Positions 1 to 10,065 of a stretch of DNA of 64,000 nucleotides are shown here, in pieces. The position numbers and the translations under genes were made by a program. Every line of letters begins with the position of its first letter. Position 1 is the first letter of the stretch. The DNA comes from an uncultured Bacteroidia bacterium (lineage in GTDB: Bacteria > Bacteroidota > Bacteroidia > J057 > CALLMJ01), in contig CALLMJ010000091.1 in the NCBI GenBank assembly GCA_938006875.1, positions 13,177 through 77,176 on the forward strand, read 5' to 3'. The notes under the pieces are model-generated. The model made no database searches. It was given only the letters and a program-made list of their open reading frames with translations, and was not told the DNA's origin.

Positions 1-2188
1 ATAAGGCTAATAATATTGTCCAAATACTTCTATACCAAGGAGGTAAAACTTTAAATTCAAAAATAATGGGTTCCGATAATTCTCCATAAGCATTTTTAGC
101 AATAATTTTTAGGGTATAATTCCCTTCTCTTATTCCGTTAAATTGTATAATTGAGGATGACTGCCAATTAGACCACTCTGAATTATCAGAACCTTCTAAA
201 AGATATTGAAATTGGTTTCCACTTTCATTGATATAACTGTTAGTTCCTAACTCAATACGGATTTGATTAAGAGAATAAACGATATTGGGTTTAAAATTTT
301 CTTGTTGAACCGTTTGAAATAATCCTTCTTTATTTAAATAATTTCCGCCGAAATAAACAGAATCTCTACCAATAATAACTTGCCTAATAAAACATTTAAA
401 ATTTTTGGAATTTAATGTTTGTTTTTTACTCATTAAAAGAACATCGCCATAACCCACAATCACTAAATTATCATTAGCAAAACCTACATCAGGTTTTTGA
501 CGCAATATGTTATGATAGCCAGTAGAATCAAGCTGATTATTCTTTACCTGAATATAACCAGCTTCATTTTCAATCCAGATTTGGTCATTTTTAATTTCAA
601 AATCATAATCTTTCAGTAAATTAGTAAGTTCAGCATGAATCAGAAATCTTCCATTTTGAAATTGATAAATTCCTTTATTTGATTTAAAATAAATTTTGGA
701 TTGATATTTAAAAACCTTAATACTACCCTCTGGTAAACCTGAAGCGGTATCATAACGAGAAATTTTTACAGCATTGCTTATTTCTAAAAGAAAAACACCT
801 TGCACAGCAGTACCCGCCCATAATTTGCCTTCTGATTCTTCTTCAATGGAATTGAGTTCCATTTTTACTTCATTAAACTTTTTATCTAATTTCCAACCTC
901 CTTCATTTTTTATTCTATACAAACCGGGTAATGCTAATACATAAGCAGAATTACTATTTAGAGACGGGGTTACATGAACGGTATAGTCATTTTGGATAAT
1001 GGGTTTAACGATACCATCTGTAATATCATAAGCTCCTTGGTTGGTAGCTACTAAAACATTATTACCAAGGATTTGTAAGTTCCATGCTTCGGATGTAATA
1101 GAATTTAAACGTTCAACTCTATTGTTTTTAATTATGTATGCCCCTTGAGAAGTAGAAACATATGTTATTCCTTTTAAATGACAAATATCAGAAATACGTC
1201 CTTGTAAACCATGAAAAGCAGAAAACATTTTAACGGGTATATCAACAGCAATTTTGGTTAAACCTTTTCCATGTCCTAACCATAAATTATTTTCATGATC
1301 TCCAAATATGGCATACATATCATTATCAGGTAGGCCATTTTCTTTATTCAAATAATAAATAGAATTCTCAGACTTATTAATATAAACAGAACCGCCTTTC
1401 ATAGTAGCCACCGCTAAATTTTCACCAACCGATGTAATATCATAAATTTTGTTTGCTTTTAAATAAGCCTCTGCATTGGTATTTAATTTAGTAAAACTAC
1501 CATTATATGAATAAATATTACCTTCATAAGTTGCAATGTAATAATTGCCAGATTTAGTTTTTGTTATTCCAGAAATTTCTTGATCTTGAAATATTTTGCC
1601 TCCTGGAACAGGTTTTAATTCTCTATCCACTTCATGAAGACCTTTTCCATTAATATTAATCCAAATTTTATTATTCACCATTCCAGAACCTAACACTCTA
1701 TCTTCTAAAACAAACTTTTGAAAGGTCTTTAATTGACCGTTGTCAGTAGAACGAAATACAACATTGTCAGAAATATAAACTGTAGCATCTGCATTTTGAT
1801 AAATCTTTTCTACATCTTTTAATAGGAGTTGATCTTGTTTATTTAAGAAGGACCTCCAAGATTTGTAGAAATAAGATCCATTTTTATCATAATCTAAAAT
1901 ACCAAAATCAGATTTACAACCCACAATTACTTGATTTGTTTTGGTGATAAACAAAGATCTAACAGGAGTTGGAGTAGAAACTAATCTCCAATTTCCATCA
2001 AAGACCAAAACTCCTTTATTATTAGCCATAAACAACAACCCCCTAACATCTTCTTGAATATTCCAAATAATTGGTGCCGCATTGAAATCTTTTGTAGTAT
2101 AATTTTTTGTATAAAAATTATTTTGGGCATTCAAATAATTGATTATAAATAATATAACCACAAAACATAGTTTAAAATAGTTATTCAT
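1..2188 (-). CDS. Sensor protein, periplasmic part: beta-propeller (two-component regulator propeller) repeats plus Y_Y_Y-type domain. The C-terminal part lies outside the window.
   Basis: Absent from the ORF track because it runs off the window. The ATG at 2186-2188 (complement) opens a frame I read without stops down to nt 2. The translation begins MNNYFKLCFVVILFIINYLNAQNN (signal/anchor). It ends ...FEFKVLPPWYRSIWTILLAL, the PPWY-plus-hydrophobic-helix junction typical after the Y_Y_Y domain of Bacteroidota hybrid sensors. Confidence 0.7.
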   Translation of the reverse strand, partial: MNNYFKLCFVVILFIINYLNAQNNFYTKNYTTKDFNAAPIIWNIQEDVRGLLFMANNKGVLVFDGNWRLVSTPTPVRSLFITKTNQVIVGCKSDFGILDYDKNGSYFYKSWRSFLNKQDQLLLKDVEKIYQNADATVYISDNVVFRSTDNGQLKTFQKFVLEDRVLGSGMVNNKIWININGKGLHEVDRELKPVPGGKIFQDQEISGITKTKSGNYYIATYEGNIYSYNGSFTKLNTNAEAYLKANKIYDITSVGENLAVATMKGGSVYINKSENSIYYLNKENGLPDNDMYAIFGDHENNLWLGHGKGLTKIAVDIPVKMFSAFHGLQGRISDICHLKGITYVSTSQGAYIIKNNRVERLNSITSEAWNLQILGNNVLVATNQGAYDITDGIVKPIIQNDYTVHVTPSLNSNSAYVLALPGLYRIKNEGGWKLDKKFNEVKMELNSIEEESEGKLWAGTAVQGVFLLEISNAVKISRYDTASGLPEGSIKVFKYQSKIYFKSNKGIYQFQNGRFLIHAELTNLLKDYDFEIKNDQIWIENEAGYIQVKNNQLDSTGYHNILRQKPDVGFANDNLVIVGYGDVLLMSKKQTLNSKNFKCFIRQVIIGRDSVYFGGNYLNKEGLFQTVQQENFKPNIVYSLNQIRIELGTNSYINESGNQFQYLLEGSDNSEWSNWQSSSIIQFNGIREGNYTLKIIAKNAYGELSEPIIFEFKVLPPWYRSIWTILLAL

Positions 2189-2290
2189 ACGTTGAGTAAA
2201 TTTGTATCGCAATTTATAAAACATTATTTTTCAGTAACCAAAATATTTTAAAAAAAAATTAACAATTTTATAATCAAACTAACCAAAATA

Positions 2291-3169
2291 TTATTGACAA
2301 TATTCTTGAATGTAAGTTAAAAACTCTGCATTTTTTTTTAAACTAAAATAATTGCTATCACGACTCACAACTGATTGGTTATAAATTGAATTGAGGTTAA
2401 TAAATGATAAATTATTGCTTTCCCAAAAACGAAGTAAATTTTGGAATTGCAATTTTGCATCAGCACCTTGAATATTAGAATGGGTTATAAAAATTTTCTT
2501 ACTTTTAAATGAATTTGAAATAATAGGATGAAGTTTTCTAGCTAACTTTTTATATTTATCCGAGGGGTGATGTTCATAAAAAATACCTACGGTATTTGAA
2601 TAATTATGTAATATACAGTCTTTTGTCTTATGTAATAGAGAAGAATAAAAAATAGGAAAATAGTAAGAACTTTGAAGTGTTATAACAAAATTTTGATAAA
2701 TATCAGGCATATTTTCAATATTTTCAAAATCTACTGCATAAGCAAAACTAGATAATGATTTGAAAGTTTTTAAATTTATCAACAGGTTTTGTAATAATTT
2801 TTGATAATTCAAATTCCAATTGAGTAAAAATGTATCAGCTACTTTTATAGACTCTTGATTCCATTTCGATAATATAATATGAGTTTTAAATTGCCTATTT
2901 TCTAAATAACTTAAAATTTTATTAAGGCATTGAATATTTTCTAAATAAGGAAAATTTAAAGTATCATTCCTTACAATTAATTCAATACCAATATTATTAA
3001 TACCTAACCTTTGAATATTCTCAAAATCCTGATAAAAAAGCAAGCTATCATAATCATTATCTAAACGAAATGAAAAAGATATGGAAACGTTGGGTTGTTC
3101 AAGTTTAGGATTACAAGAAATCCCAAAAATTAAAATGATTAGGGTACCTTTTAATAAAAACCAATTCAT
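2291..3169 (-). CDS. Hypothetical lipoprotein
   Basis: 292-aa ORF. The N-terminus MNWFLLKGTLIILIFGISCNPK looks like a lipoprotein signal peptide with a Cys. I recognise no family motif. Confidence 0.6.
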   Translation of the reverse strand: MNWFLLKGTLIILIFGISCNPKLEQPNVSISFSFRLDNDYDSLLFYQDFENIQRLGINNIGIELIVRNDTLNFPYLENIQCLNKILSYLENRQFKTHIILSKWNQESIKVADTFLLNWNLNYQKLLQNLLINLKTFKSLSSFAYAVDFENIENMPDIYQNFVITLQSSYYFPIFYSSLLHKTKDCILHNYSNTVGIFYEHHPSDKYKKLARKLHPIISNSFKSKKIFITHSNIQGADAKLQFQNLLRFWESNNLSFINLNSIYNQSVVSRDSNYFSLKKNAEFLTYIQEYCQ

Positions 3170-3977
3170 GAGTAACTATTTTATAATCAGAATTATATAT
3201 CCCCTTTTCAGAAAAAAAATCTTTTCTCACCAAACCATAAGCATGTAAGATAGTCTGATTATCAAATATAAAACCTACATGAGTAACGGAATGTTGGTTC
3301 TTTCCAAAAAAAGCTAAATCACCGAATTGATGATTACCGTAGGGAATTAATTCACCTAGATCGGCTTGCTGATAGGCATCACGAGGTAAATAGATATTTT
3401 GAGCTAGCATTAATAATTGTGTTAAACCAGAGCAATCAATACCCCAATTAGATCTACCGCCCCATAAATAAGGGGTACCCAGCAAATCTTTGATAACTTG
3501 ATTAATTTCAGTTGTTTGATAATGATTTAAAATCTTAGAACCTATTGGATATTTAAAATTTAAAGTAAAATCTCTGAAATAATCATTTTGAAATGCACCT
3601 AACTGATGTGATGAAACATACCCAAAATAACCATCTTCTGAAAAACCAAAATCAAAATTATCCACTGAGAAAAAAGTACTAAATTTTTCACCCATTAAAA
3701 GCTGAGAAATCATCTCCGAAGAATGTAAAGGTAATTTTCTTATTGGGGCATAAGAAGTTTTTGCCTGACTTATATTAGCTATCCCTATTGTTGTATGATA
3801 AAAATTTTTTAAAAATTTTAAAATTATATTCCAATTACCACTTAATGTAAAATATAATTGATTATTTTCTATATGTGATGATTTAAGAATTTCATTTGGA
3901 AATAAGTACTCAGGCTTGGGTTCAGAATCTAAAAGGGAAATTGGAAAACTTAAATGAAAATCACGATTAGATAGCAT
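3111..3977 (-). CDS. C40 family (NlpC/P60) cell-wall peptidase
   Basis: GTPYLWGGRSNWGIDCSGLTQLL...HVGF contains the catalytic Cys and His arrangement of NlpC/P60. The 3' end overlaps the next gene by 59 nt. Confidence 0.85.
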   Translation of the reverse strand: MLSNRDFHLSFPISLLDSEPKPEYLFPNEILKSSHIENNQLYFTLSGNWNIILKFLKNFYHTTIGIANISQAKTSYAPIRKLPLHSSEMISQLLMGEKFSTFFSVDNFDFGFSEDGYFGYVSSHQLGAFQNDYFRDFTLNFKYPIGSKILNHYQTTEINQVIKDLLGTPYLWGGRSNWGIDCSGLTQLLMLAQNIYLPRDAYQQADLGELIPYGNHQFGDLAFFGKNQHSVTHVGFIFDNQTILHAYGLVRKDFFSEKGIYNSDYKIVTHELVFIKRYPNHFNFWDFL

Positions 3978-3994
3978 ATTACAATTTTTTAAAC

Positions 3995-4750
3995 TTAGGA
4001 ATGCTCATTCATTAGAATTTTTAGTGCTAATTCAGAAGCCTTTTGCTCAGCACTTTTCTTTTTTACATCAGTAGCTTGAGCAATTAATTTATCACCAATT
4101 TTAACACCAATCGTATATATACGGTGATTCCCTCTATTTTCTTCGTTGATAACTTCATAAGATAAGGAAGAAATTTTCTTTTTTTGGACAAACTCTAACA
4201 GTCTACTTTTATAATTATGGTCAGTTTTTTCTAATTCGGAAACATCTACATGACCTTGAATAATCGTTTTATAAATAAAATTTTTTGCATAAAAAAAGCC
4301 TTTATCTAAAAAAATTGCACCAATAAAAGCTTCTAGTGCATTACCATAAATGGAAGGATTAGGATTGGAATTGACTTTATAATCAAAAAAAATAATGCTA
4401 TCAAAACCTAATTTTAGAGCAATTTCATTTAAACATGCTCTATTAACTATTTTAGAACGCATTTCCGTAAGAAAACCTTCATCTTTATTAGGATATTTTT
4501 TAAAAAGATACTCAGCAATTACCATTCCCAAAACGGAATCCCCTAAGTATTCAAGACGTTCATTACACTCTATAGCATTATTTTTAGAATTTTTCACGAT
4601 TGAACTATGGCTAAAAGCTTGCTTATAAAGCCTATAATCAAAAGGCAATATACCCGTAAGAAGTTTGACTTTTTTTATAAATTCCTTTTCTTTATGAAAA
4701 AAAAGATTATAATTAGCCAACAAATAACTTACTGGATATAGAATTCTCAA
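3995..4750 (-). CDS. rnc: Ribonuclease III
   Basis: RNase III signature ERLEYLGDSVLG and a C-terminal dsRBD-like region (KKKSAEQKASELALKIL). Confidence 0.9.
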   Translation of the reverse strand: MRILYPVSYLLANYNLFFHKEKEFIKKVKLLTGILPFDYRLYKQAFSHSSIVKNSKNNAIECNERLEYLGDSVLGMVIAEYLFKKYPNKDEGFLTEMRSKIVNRACLNEIALKLGFDSIIFFDYKVNSNPNPSIYGNALEAFIGAIFLDKGFFYAKNFIYKTIIQGHVDVSELEKTDHNYKSRLLEFVQKKKISSLSYEVINEENRGNHRIYTIGVKIGDKLIAQATDVKKKSAEQKASELALKILMNEHS

Positions 4751-4753
4751 AAT

Positions 4754-6016
4754 TTAAGAAGAAAATTTTTTAAATAATAAAGAAGAATTATGCCCTCCAA
4801 AGCCAAAAGTGTTAGAAATAGCAAAATTTACAACTCTATTTTTAGGTTGATGAAAGGTATAATCCAAATCACAATCAGGATCGTCTGTAAAATGATTAAT
4901 TGTGGGTGGAATTAAATCATTTTTAACAGCTAAAATAGTTGCAATAGCTTCAATAACACCCGCAGCACCTAATAAATGACCTGTCATTGATTTTGTGGAA
5001 CAAATAGAAATATTTTTAGCATGTTCACCAAAAACATTCTTAATTGCATTAGTTTCTGCAATATCACCCTTGGGAGTTGATGTACCATGTACATTAATAT
5101 GGTCAATATCAGATAAATTGCAGCCCGAGGAAATTAAAGCGTTTTTCATAACAGCAATAACGCCCTTACCCTCCGGATCAGGTTCTGTGAGATGATGAGC
5201 ATCAGCTGTTAAACCAATACCTATTAATTCAGCATAAATTTTTGCACCTCTTGCCATTGCAGATTCGTAGGTTTCAAGAACAATACAACCAGAGCCTTCG
5301 CCTAAAACGAAACCATCTCTATCTTTATCAAAAGGACGGCTAGCTGTTTTAGGATCATCATTTCTTTCAGATAAAGCATGCATAGAATTAAAACCACCTA
5401 CACCAGCTTCATTAATCGCTGCTTCTGCACCTCCTGTAACAACTATATCCGCTAAACCACTCTGAATTAACATAAATCCATCAGCAATACAATTAGAAGA
5501 AGTTGCACAAGCTGAAACACAAGAGTAATTAGGTCCTCTAAAACCATATCTCATGGACACATGGCCTGGAAGAATATCAATGATCATTTTGGGGATAAAA
5601 AATGGATTAAATCTTGGAGTACCATCACCCTTAGCAAAATCACTTACCTCCTTAATAAAAGTTTCAAGCCCTCCGATTCCAGAACCCATAACTACTCCCA
5701 CACGAAAAGGGTCAATGGAGGAAATATCATTAATATTATGAAGACCAGCATCCTGAACCGCTTCAGTTGCAGCAGCAATACCAAAATGGCAAAATAAATC
5801 CATCCTTCTCGCTTCTTTTTTATCTAAATAATTTTGTACATCAAAATTTTTTACTTCACATGCAAAATGCGTTCTAAACTTTGATGCATCAAAACGAGTT
5901 ATTTTATCAGCACCACTCGTACCAGAAATTAAACCTTTCCAGTACGAGTCAATACCAATACCCACTGGAGTTACTGCACCTATTCCGGTAACAACTACTC
6001 TTCTGTGAAATTTCAT
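4754..6016 (-). CDS. fabF: Beta-ketoacyl-ACP synthase II
   Basis: 420 aa, full-length KAS II pattern: RRVVVTGIG, active-site ACATS, HGTSTP, GHLLGAAG. Lies directly downstream of acpP. Confidence 0.95.
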   Translation of the reverse strand: MKFHRRVVVTGIGAVTPVGIGIDSYWKGLISGTSGADKITRFDASKFRTHFACEVKNFDVQNYLDKKEARRMDLFCHFGIAAATEAVQDAGLHNINDISSIDPFRVGVVMGSGIGGLETFIKEVSDFAKGDGTPRFNPFFIPKMIIDILPGHVSMRYGFRGPNYSCVSACATSSNCIADGFMLIQSGLADIVVTGGAEAAINEAGVGGFNSMHALSERNDDPKTASRPFDKDRDGFVLGEGSGCIVLETYESAMARGAKIYAELIGIGLTADAHHLTEPDPEGKGVIAVMKNALISSGCNLSDIDHINVHGTSTPKGDIAETNAIKNVFGEHAKNISICSTKSMTGHLLGAAGVIEAIATILAVKNDLIPPTINHFTDDPDCDLDYTFHQPKNRVVNFAISNTFGFGGHNSSLLFKKFSS

Positions 6017-6017
6017 T

Positions 6018-6257
6018 TTAACTGTTAATTCTTACCTCTATATACTTGACAACATCACCAACGGTAGAAATTTTTTGTGCATCTTGATCAGGAATAGTAA
6101 TGTTAAATTCTTTTTCTAATTCCATGATTAATTCAACGGTATCAAGAGAATCCGCACCTAAATCATTAGCGAAACTTGCTTCGGGGGTTACTTCTTTCGC
6201 TTCAACGCCGAGTTTATCAACAATAATACCTCTAATTCTTTCTAAAATACTTGCCAT
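6018..6257 (-). CDS. acpP: Acyl carrier protein
   Basis: 79 aa with the phosphopantetheine attachment motif [11 protein letters not shown]. Confidence 0.95.
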   Translation of the reverse strand: MASILERIRGIIVDKLGVEAKEVTPEASFANDLGADSLDTVELIMELEKEFNITIPDQDAQKISTVGDVVKYIEVRINS

Positions 6258-6377
6258 ATTTCTCTTATTTATTGTTTTGTATTGAACTGCAAAAATAACT
6301 TTTTTTTTACAAACAACAAAATAATGCTAAAATATCAACCAAACTAAAAACAAAAAATTGAAAATGAATTATTTAAG

Positions 6378-7661
6378 TTAACTAAAAAATTTAGAAAATT
6401 CTATCCAATAATTTGGAAATGATTTGGATACAACTCTCAAATCATCAAATTGTATGTTATTAATTAAAGGTTTTAGCAATGATAAAGACATAGCCATACG
6501 ATGATCATGATAAGTATTAAAAAAAACTTGTTCAGGAAAAGCATCAACATTATTTATAATTACGCAAATTCCAAGATTGTCGTCATAATTCATGATAATA
6601 CCAACTTTTTCTAACTCATTTTTTATAGCTAGCAACCTATGTGTTTCTTTATACTTCAATGTGTCAAGACCAGAAAAAATGTATTTTCCTTTCTTATAAG
6701 CAGTTAAAACCGCAAAAGTTTGAAATAAATCTGGTGTAGATGAAAAGTCCCATTCAAAAGGAATTAGTTCAAAATTAAAAGGATTGATTTCTAAATCTCT
6801 ATCGTTAGATGTAAAAAATTCTACACCCAATTCAGTCCAATAAAATAATTGATCCACATCTGGTTGAAAAGATTGTATAGATAAATTAGGTAAAATAATA
6901 GGAATTTTTAAAATGCAAGATAAGGCAATAAAATATGAAGCATTAGTCCAATCTGCTGATACAGTATAGGAATAATAATCAAATGTATTTTTCGTAAGAA
7001 CAAATGTATTATCAAGATTATAATCCCATACAATACCCAGTTTTTCCATCATTTTTAAAGTCATTAATACATAAGACTCAGAAGAAAAATCATGATTAGT
7101 AATAATAATTTTAAAATTTAATGGTAATGATGGACCTAAAAGCAAAACAGAAGTAAGAAATTGTGAAGAAATAATATTATCATGAAATAAAATTTGAACT
7201 ACATCAATATTATTTTTTCCATTAAAGGTAAGAGGTAAACTTGATTCTAATTGATCAAAATCAAAAGTAATTCCTAATTGAGTTAAAGCATTGGTCAATG
7301 GTTGTATGGGTCTTTTAGATAACGAATTGTGACCAATAAATTGAAATTTATAAGGCAATATGGAGCATAATGAAACTAAAAAACGGAAAGCAGTACCAGC
7401 TTGATGCACATTCACTATATTTAAAGTATTAAAATGAACATTTTTAGAATTAATCAAAAGATTATTGCCTTGTGGTTCTAAATTAGTACCCATTTGATGA
7501 TAAAAATCATAAATCACTTTTGTATCATCACAAAATGAAAAATTTTGAATGGTAAAATCATGTTTAGCTTGAAAGGCTAAAATAAATAATCTATTGATTT
7601 CACTTTTTGAATAAGGTAAAGATAATGACAACATAAAAAAAGGCTGCACAAATGCAGCCAC
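6378..7661 (-). CDS. aroA: 3-phosphoshikimate 1-carboxyvinyltransferase (EPSP synthase). The likely true start is the ATG at 7634 (MLSLSLPYSKSE...).
   Basis: LPYSKSEINRLFILAF near the N-terminus (compare LPGSKS-x-NR) and HDHRMAMSLSLL near the C-terminus. The length fits EPSP synthase. Confidence 0.85.
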   Translation of the reverse strand: MAAFVQPFFMLSLSLPYSKSEINRLFILAFQAKHDFTIQNFSFCDDTKVIYDFYHQMGTNLEPQGNNLLINSKNVHFNTLNIVNVHQAGTAFRFLVSLCSILPYKFQFIGHNSLSKRPIQPLTNALTQLGITFDFDQLESSLPLTFNGKNNIDVVQILFHDNIISSQFLTSVLLLGPSLPLNFKIIITNHDFSSESYVLMTLKMMEKLGIVWDYNLDNTFVLTKNTFDYYSYTVSADWTNASYFIALSCILKIPIILPNLSIQSFQPDVDQLFYWTELGVEFFTSNDRDLEINPFNFELIPFEWDFSSTPDLFQTFAVLTAYKKGKYIFSGLDTLKYKETHRLLAIKNELEKVGIIMNYDDNLGICVIINNVDAFPEQVFFNTYHDHRMAMSLSLLKPLINNIQFDDLRVVSKSFPNYWIEFSKFFS

Positions 7662-7685
7662 AAAAATAAATGATATAATTAAAAA

Positions 7686-7856
7686 CTACATATTTTTTAA
7701 ACGCTCCTGAATAATTTTTTGAGCATCATCAGTTAAAACAATTTCTTCTTTAAAAGAATAAGCACCTGTTTTAGAATTTTTATAAGCAGAAATAATTTTA
7801 GACATACTTACTGCTTTTTCTTTAGATTTTAACGTTGCAACTACTTTCTTTGCCAT
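7686..7856 (-). CDS. Small DUF4295-like protein (56 aa), the usual Bacteroidota partner of rpmG
   Basis: Below the ORF-track size cut-off. ATG at 7854-7856 (complement), TAG at 7686-7688. My translation is MAKKVVATLKSKEKAVSMSKIISAYKNSKTGAYSFKEEIVLTDDAQKIIQERLKNM. It lies 21 nt downstream of rpmG on the same strand. Confidence 0.7.
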   Translation of the reverse strand: MAKKVVATLKSKEKAVSMSKIISAYKNSKTGAYSFKEEIVLTDDAQKIIQERLKNM

Positions 7857-7877
7857 AATTCATTAAATTAAAAATAA

Positions 7878-8063
7878 TTATTTAGTTTCTCTATGAATCG
7901 TCATTTTTTTCAAAATGGGATTATATTTTTTTAATTCTAGCCTTCCTGTTGTATTTTTTTTATTTTTTTGGGTATGATACCTTGAAGTACCAGGTAGACC
8001 ACTTGCCTTATGTTCTGTGCACTCTAAAATCACTTGAATACGATTTCCTTTACTCTTAGCCAT
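7878..8063 (-). CDS. rpmG: 50S ribosomal protein L33
   Basis: 61 aa: [19 protein letters not shown]...[22 protein letters not shown], the typical L33 sequence. Confidence 0.95.
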   Translation of the reverse strand: MAKSKGNRIQVILECTEHKASGLPGTSRYHTQKNKKNTTGRLELKKYNPILKKMTIHRETK

Positions 8064-8109
8064 TGTTTAAAAATATTTAGACCGCAAAATTAATAATAAA
8101 AATTTTAAA

Positions 8110-8502
8110 TTACAACTTTTCTCTAATTTTTTGTGCAATTAAATCTAATTGTTCGGAAGAAAGTTGAACACGAGGTTTCGTAAAATTCAAATCATCAACA
8201 GAATCCAAAGGAATTAAATGAACATGAGCGTGTGGAACTTCCAAGCCAACAACTGCAACACCAATTTTTTTGCATGGAATAGCCTTTTTTATTGCCTCAG
8301 AAACAATTTTAGAAAATAAATTTAAACCTATAAATAACTCATCATCTAAATCAAAATAATAATCAATTTCACGTTTAGGGATCACTAAAACATGCCCTTC
8401 TTTCACGGGATTAACATCTAAAAAAGCTAAAAAATCATTTGTTTCTGCAATTTTATAACAAGGTATTTCACCAGAAACAATTTTAGAAAAAATAGTAGCC
8501 AT
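8110..8502 (-). CDS. HIT (histidine triad) family nucleotide hydrolase
   Basis: 130 aa with the histidine triad HAHVHLIP. Confidence 0.85.
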   Translation of the reverse strand: MATIFSKIVSGEIPCYKIAETNDFLAFLDVNPVKEGHVLVIPKREIDYYFDLDDELFIGLNLFSKIVSEAIKKAIPCKKIGVAVVGLEVPHAHVHLIPLDSVDDLNFTKPRVQLSSEQLDLIAQKIREKL

Positions 8503-8975
8503 TATCTTGTAATTTCTAATATTTCAAATTTTAATGTACCTGCAGGAACTTTAATTTCTACAACATCACCAACAACTTTACCTAATAAACCATTACCAAT
8601 TGGTGATTCTACGGATATTTTGCCTTCTTTTAAATTAGCTTCTTTCTGAGATACCAAAGTATAAGTAACCGTATCACCTTTAATAAGATTTTTTAACTTT
8701 ACAGTAGAAAGAATATAAACTTTAGAAGTATCAATTTCTTCATCGGAAAGAATTCTAGAATTGATAAGCATCTCTTCCAACTTAGAAATTTTAAGCTCAA
8801 GGAGACCTTGAGCTTCTTTTGCTGCATCATATTCAGCATTCTCACTTAGGTCTCCTTTTTCTCGTGCCTCTGCAATTGCGGCAGCAATTTTGGCTCTTTC
8901 TTTGGTTTTTAAATCGTGAAGTTCTTGAACAAGCTTATCGTAGCCTTCTTTTGTAAGATAATATATTTCCGCCAT
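8502..8975 (-). CDS. greA: Transcription elongation factor GreA
   Basis: 157 aa. N-terminal coiled coil with GDLSENAEYDAAKE, and a C-terminal FKBP-like domain. Confidence 0.95.
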   Translation of the reverse strand: MAEIYYLTKEGYDKLVQELHDLKTKERAKIAAAIAEAREKGDLSENAEYDAAKEAQGLLELKISKLEEMLINSRILSDEEIDTSKVYILSTVKLKNLIKGDTVTYTLVSQKEANLKEGKISVESPIGNGLLGKVVGDVVEIKVPAGTLKFEILEITR

Positions 8976-8980
8976 AATAA

Positions 8981-10048
8981 TTATAAATTTACTCTACAAC
9001 CAAGTGAATGAGTACCTTGAAATGGATTAGTAGTTCTATAACTATAATCAAGACCAAAAGAAGAATATCTTCCATCACCAGATTTAAAAGGTATTTCAAC
9101 GGTAGCACCAAATGCTAACCCTGTATAAACATTCATTCTTTCTTCAGGATTAGTTATACCCTTTTCCCAAACATAAGCAGCTCTAAACATAAAATACTTT
9201 TTAAAACGATATTCAGCACCAGCTCCAATTTGATCCCTAGCAAAAGCATTTGCAGTAAAATTTACCATAGGTAAAATGGTATGAATAGTAGCAACAGAAT
9301 CACCACCAAAATTTAATTCATAAGATGCACCAATATTTAGCTGAGTAGGTAATTCAAATTTAGAAGCAACAGTAGCTACATTACTAGTAAATCTACTGTT
9401 AGAGCCCCCCAAATTAGCTCTTTGGGTTAATCCATCACCAGTGTATCTCATTTCAGGACCCACATTTTTTAATGCAACACCAATACGAAACTTACCATCT
9501 TTGTCAGTATATTGAACACCCGCATCAAAAGCAACTCCATTAGCAGCAACATCAGTAATAGATTCATGAATTAAACGTGTTGTAAAACCAACAAATATTC
9601 TATCTTCTACGAAAGTTTTTGCATAAGAAACTCCAATATTTAAAAAAGTTGGACTAAAAGTGCCTAAAGTACCATCTGGTTGATCGATGGTAGTTCTTTG
9701 AAAATCACCTAAATCAAAAGATACAACAGATAATCCAAGTACTCCTCCCTTTTTTAAACTTTGTGAAAATCCAAATGTATTCAAGTTAATATCCGTCCCA
9801 ACTAAATATCTCGTATGAGAAAATATTAATTCTGTTCTTTTGGTTCTTGCTAAACCTGCTGGGTTATTAATAACAGACTCAATTCCATAGCCATTGGAAG
9901 TATTTATACCATGAACTCCAGAATTTCTTGCCCATGGATTAATTAATAATTGAGTTGCTCCAGCTTGACCAGCCCTTTCGGGGTTCCCAGCTAATAAAAA
10001 CTGGGAACTTAAATAGGTTAAAACTATTATTATTGCTATACTTTTCAT
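8981..10048 (-). CDS. Outer-membrane beta-barrel protein, PorV/PorQ-like (FadL-like) family, putative
   Basis: Signal peptide, then AGQAGATQLLINPWARNSGVHG. This resembles the G-x-aG-x(3)-L-x-I-x(3)-AR-x(3)-G N-terminal motif of the PorV/PorQ family. The remainder has alternating beta-strand character. It starts 17 nt downstream of a CTD-bearing giant protein. Confidence 0.5.
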   Translation of the reverse strand: MKSIAIIIVLTYLSSQFLLAGNPERAGQAGATQLLINPWARNSGVHGINTSNGYGIESVINNPAGLARTKRTELIFSHTRYLVGTDINLNTFGFSQSLKKGGVLGLSVVSFDLGDFQRTTIDQPDGTLGTFSPTFLNIGVSYAKTFVEDRIFVGFTTRLIHESITDVAANGVAFDAGVQYTDKDGKFRIGVALKNVGPEMRYTGDGLTQRANLGGSNSRFTSNVATVASKFELPTQLNIGASYELNFGGDSVATIHTILPMVNFTANAFARDQIGAGAEYRFKKYFMFRAAYVWEKGITNPEERMNVYTGLAFGATVEIPFKSGDGRYSSFGLDYSYRTTNPFQGTHSLGCRVNL

Positions 10049-10065
10049 TTTTAAAAATTCAAATT

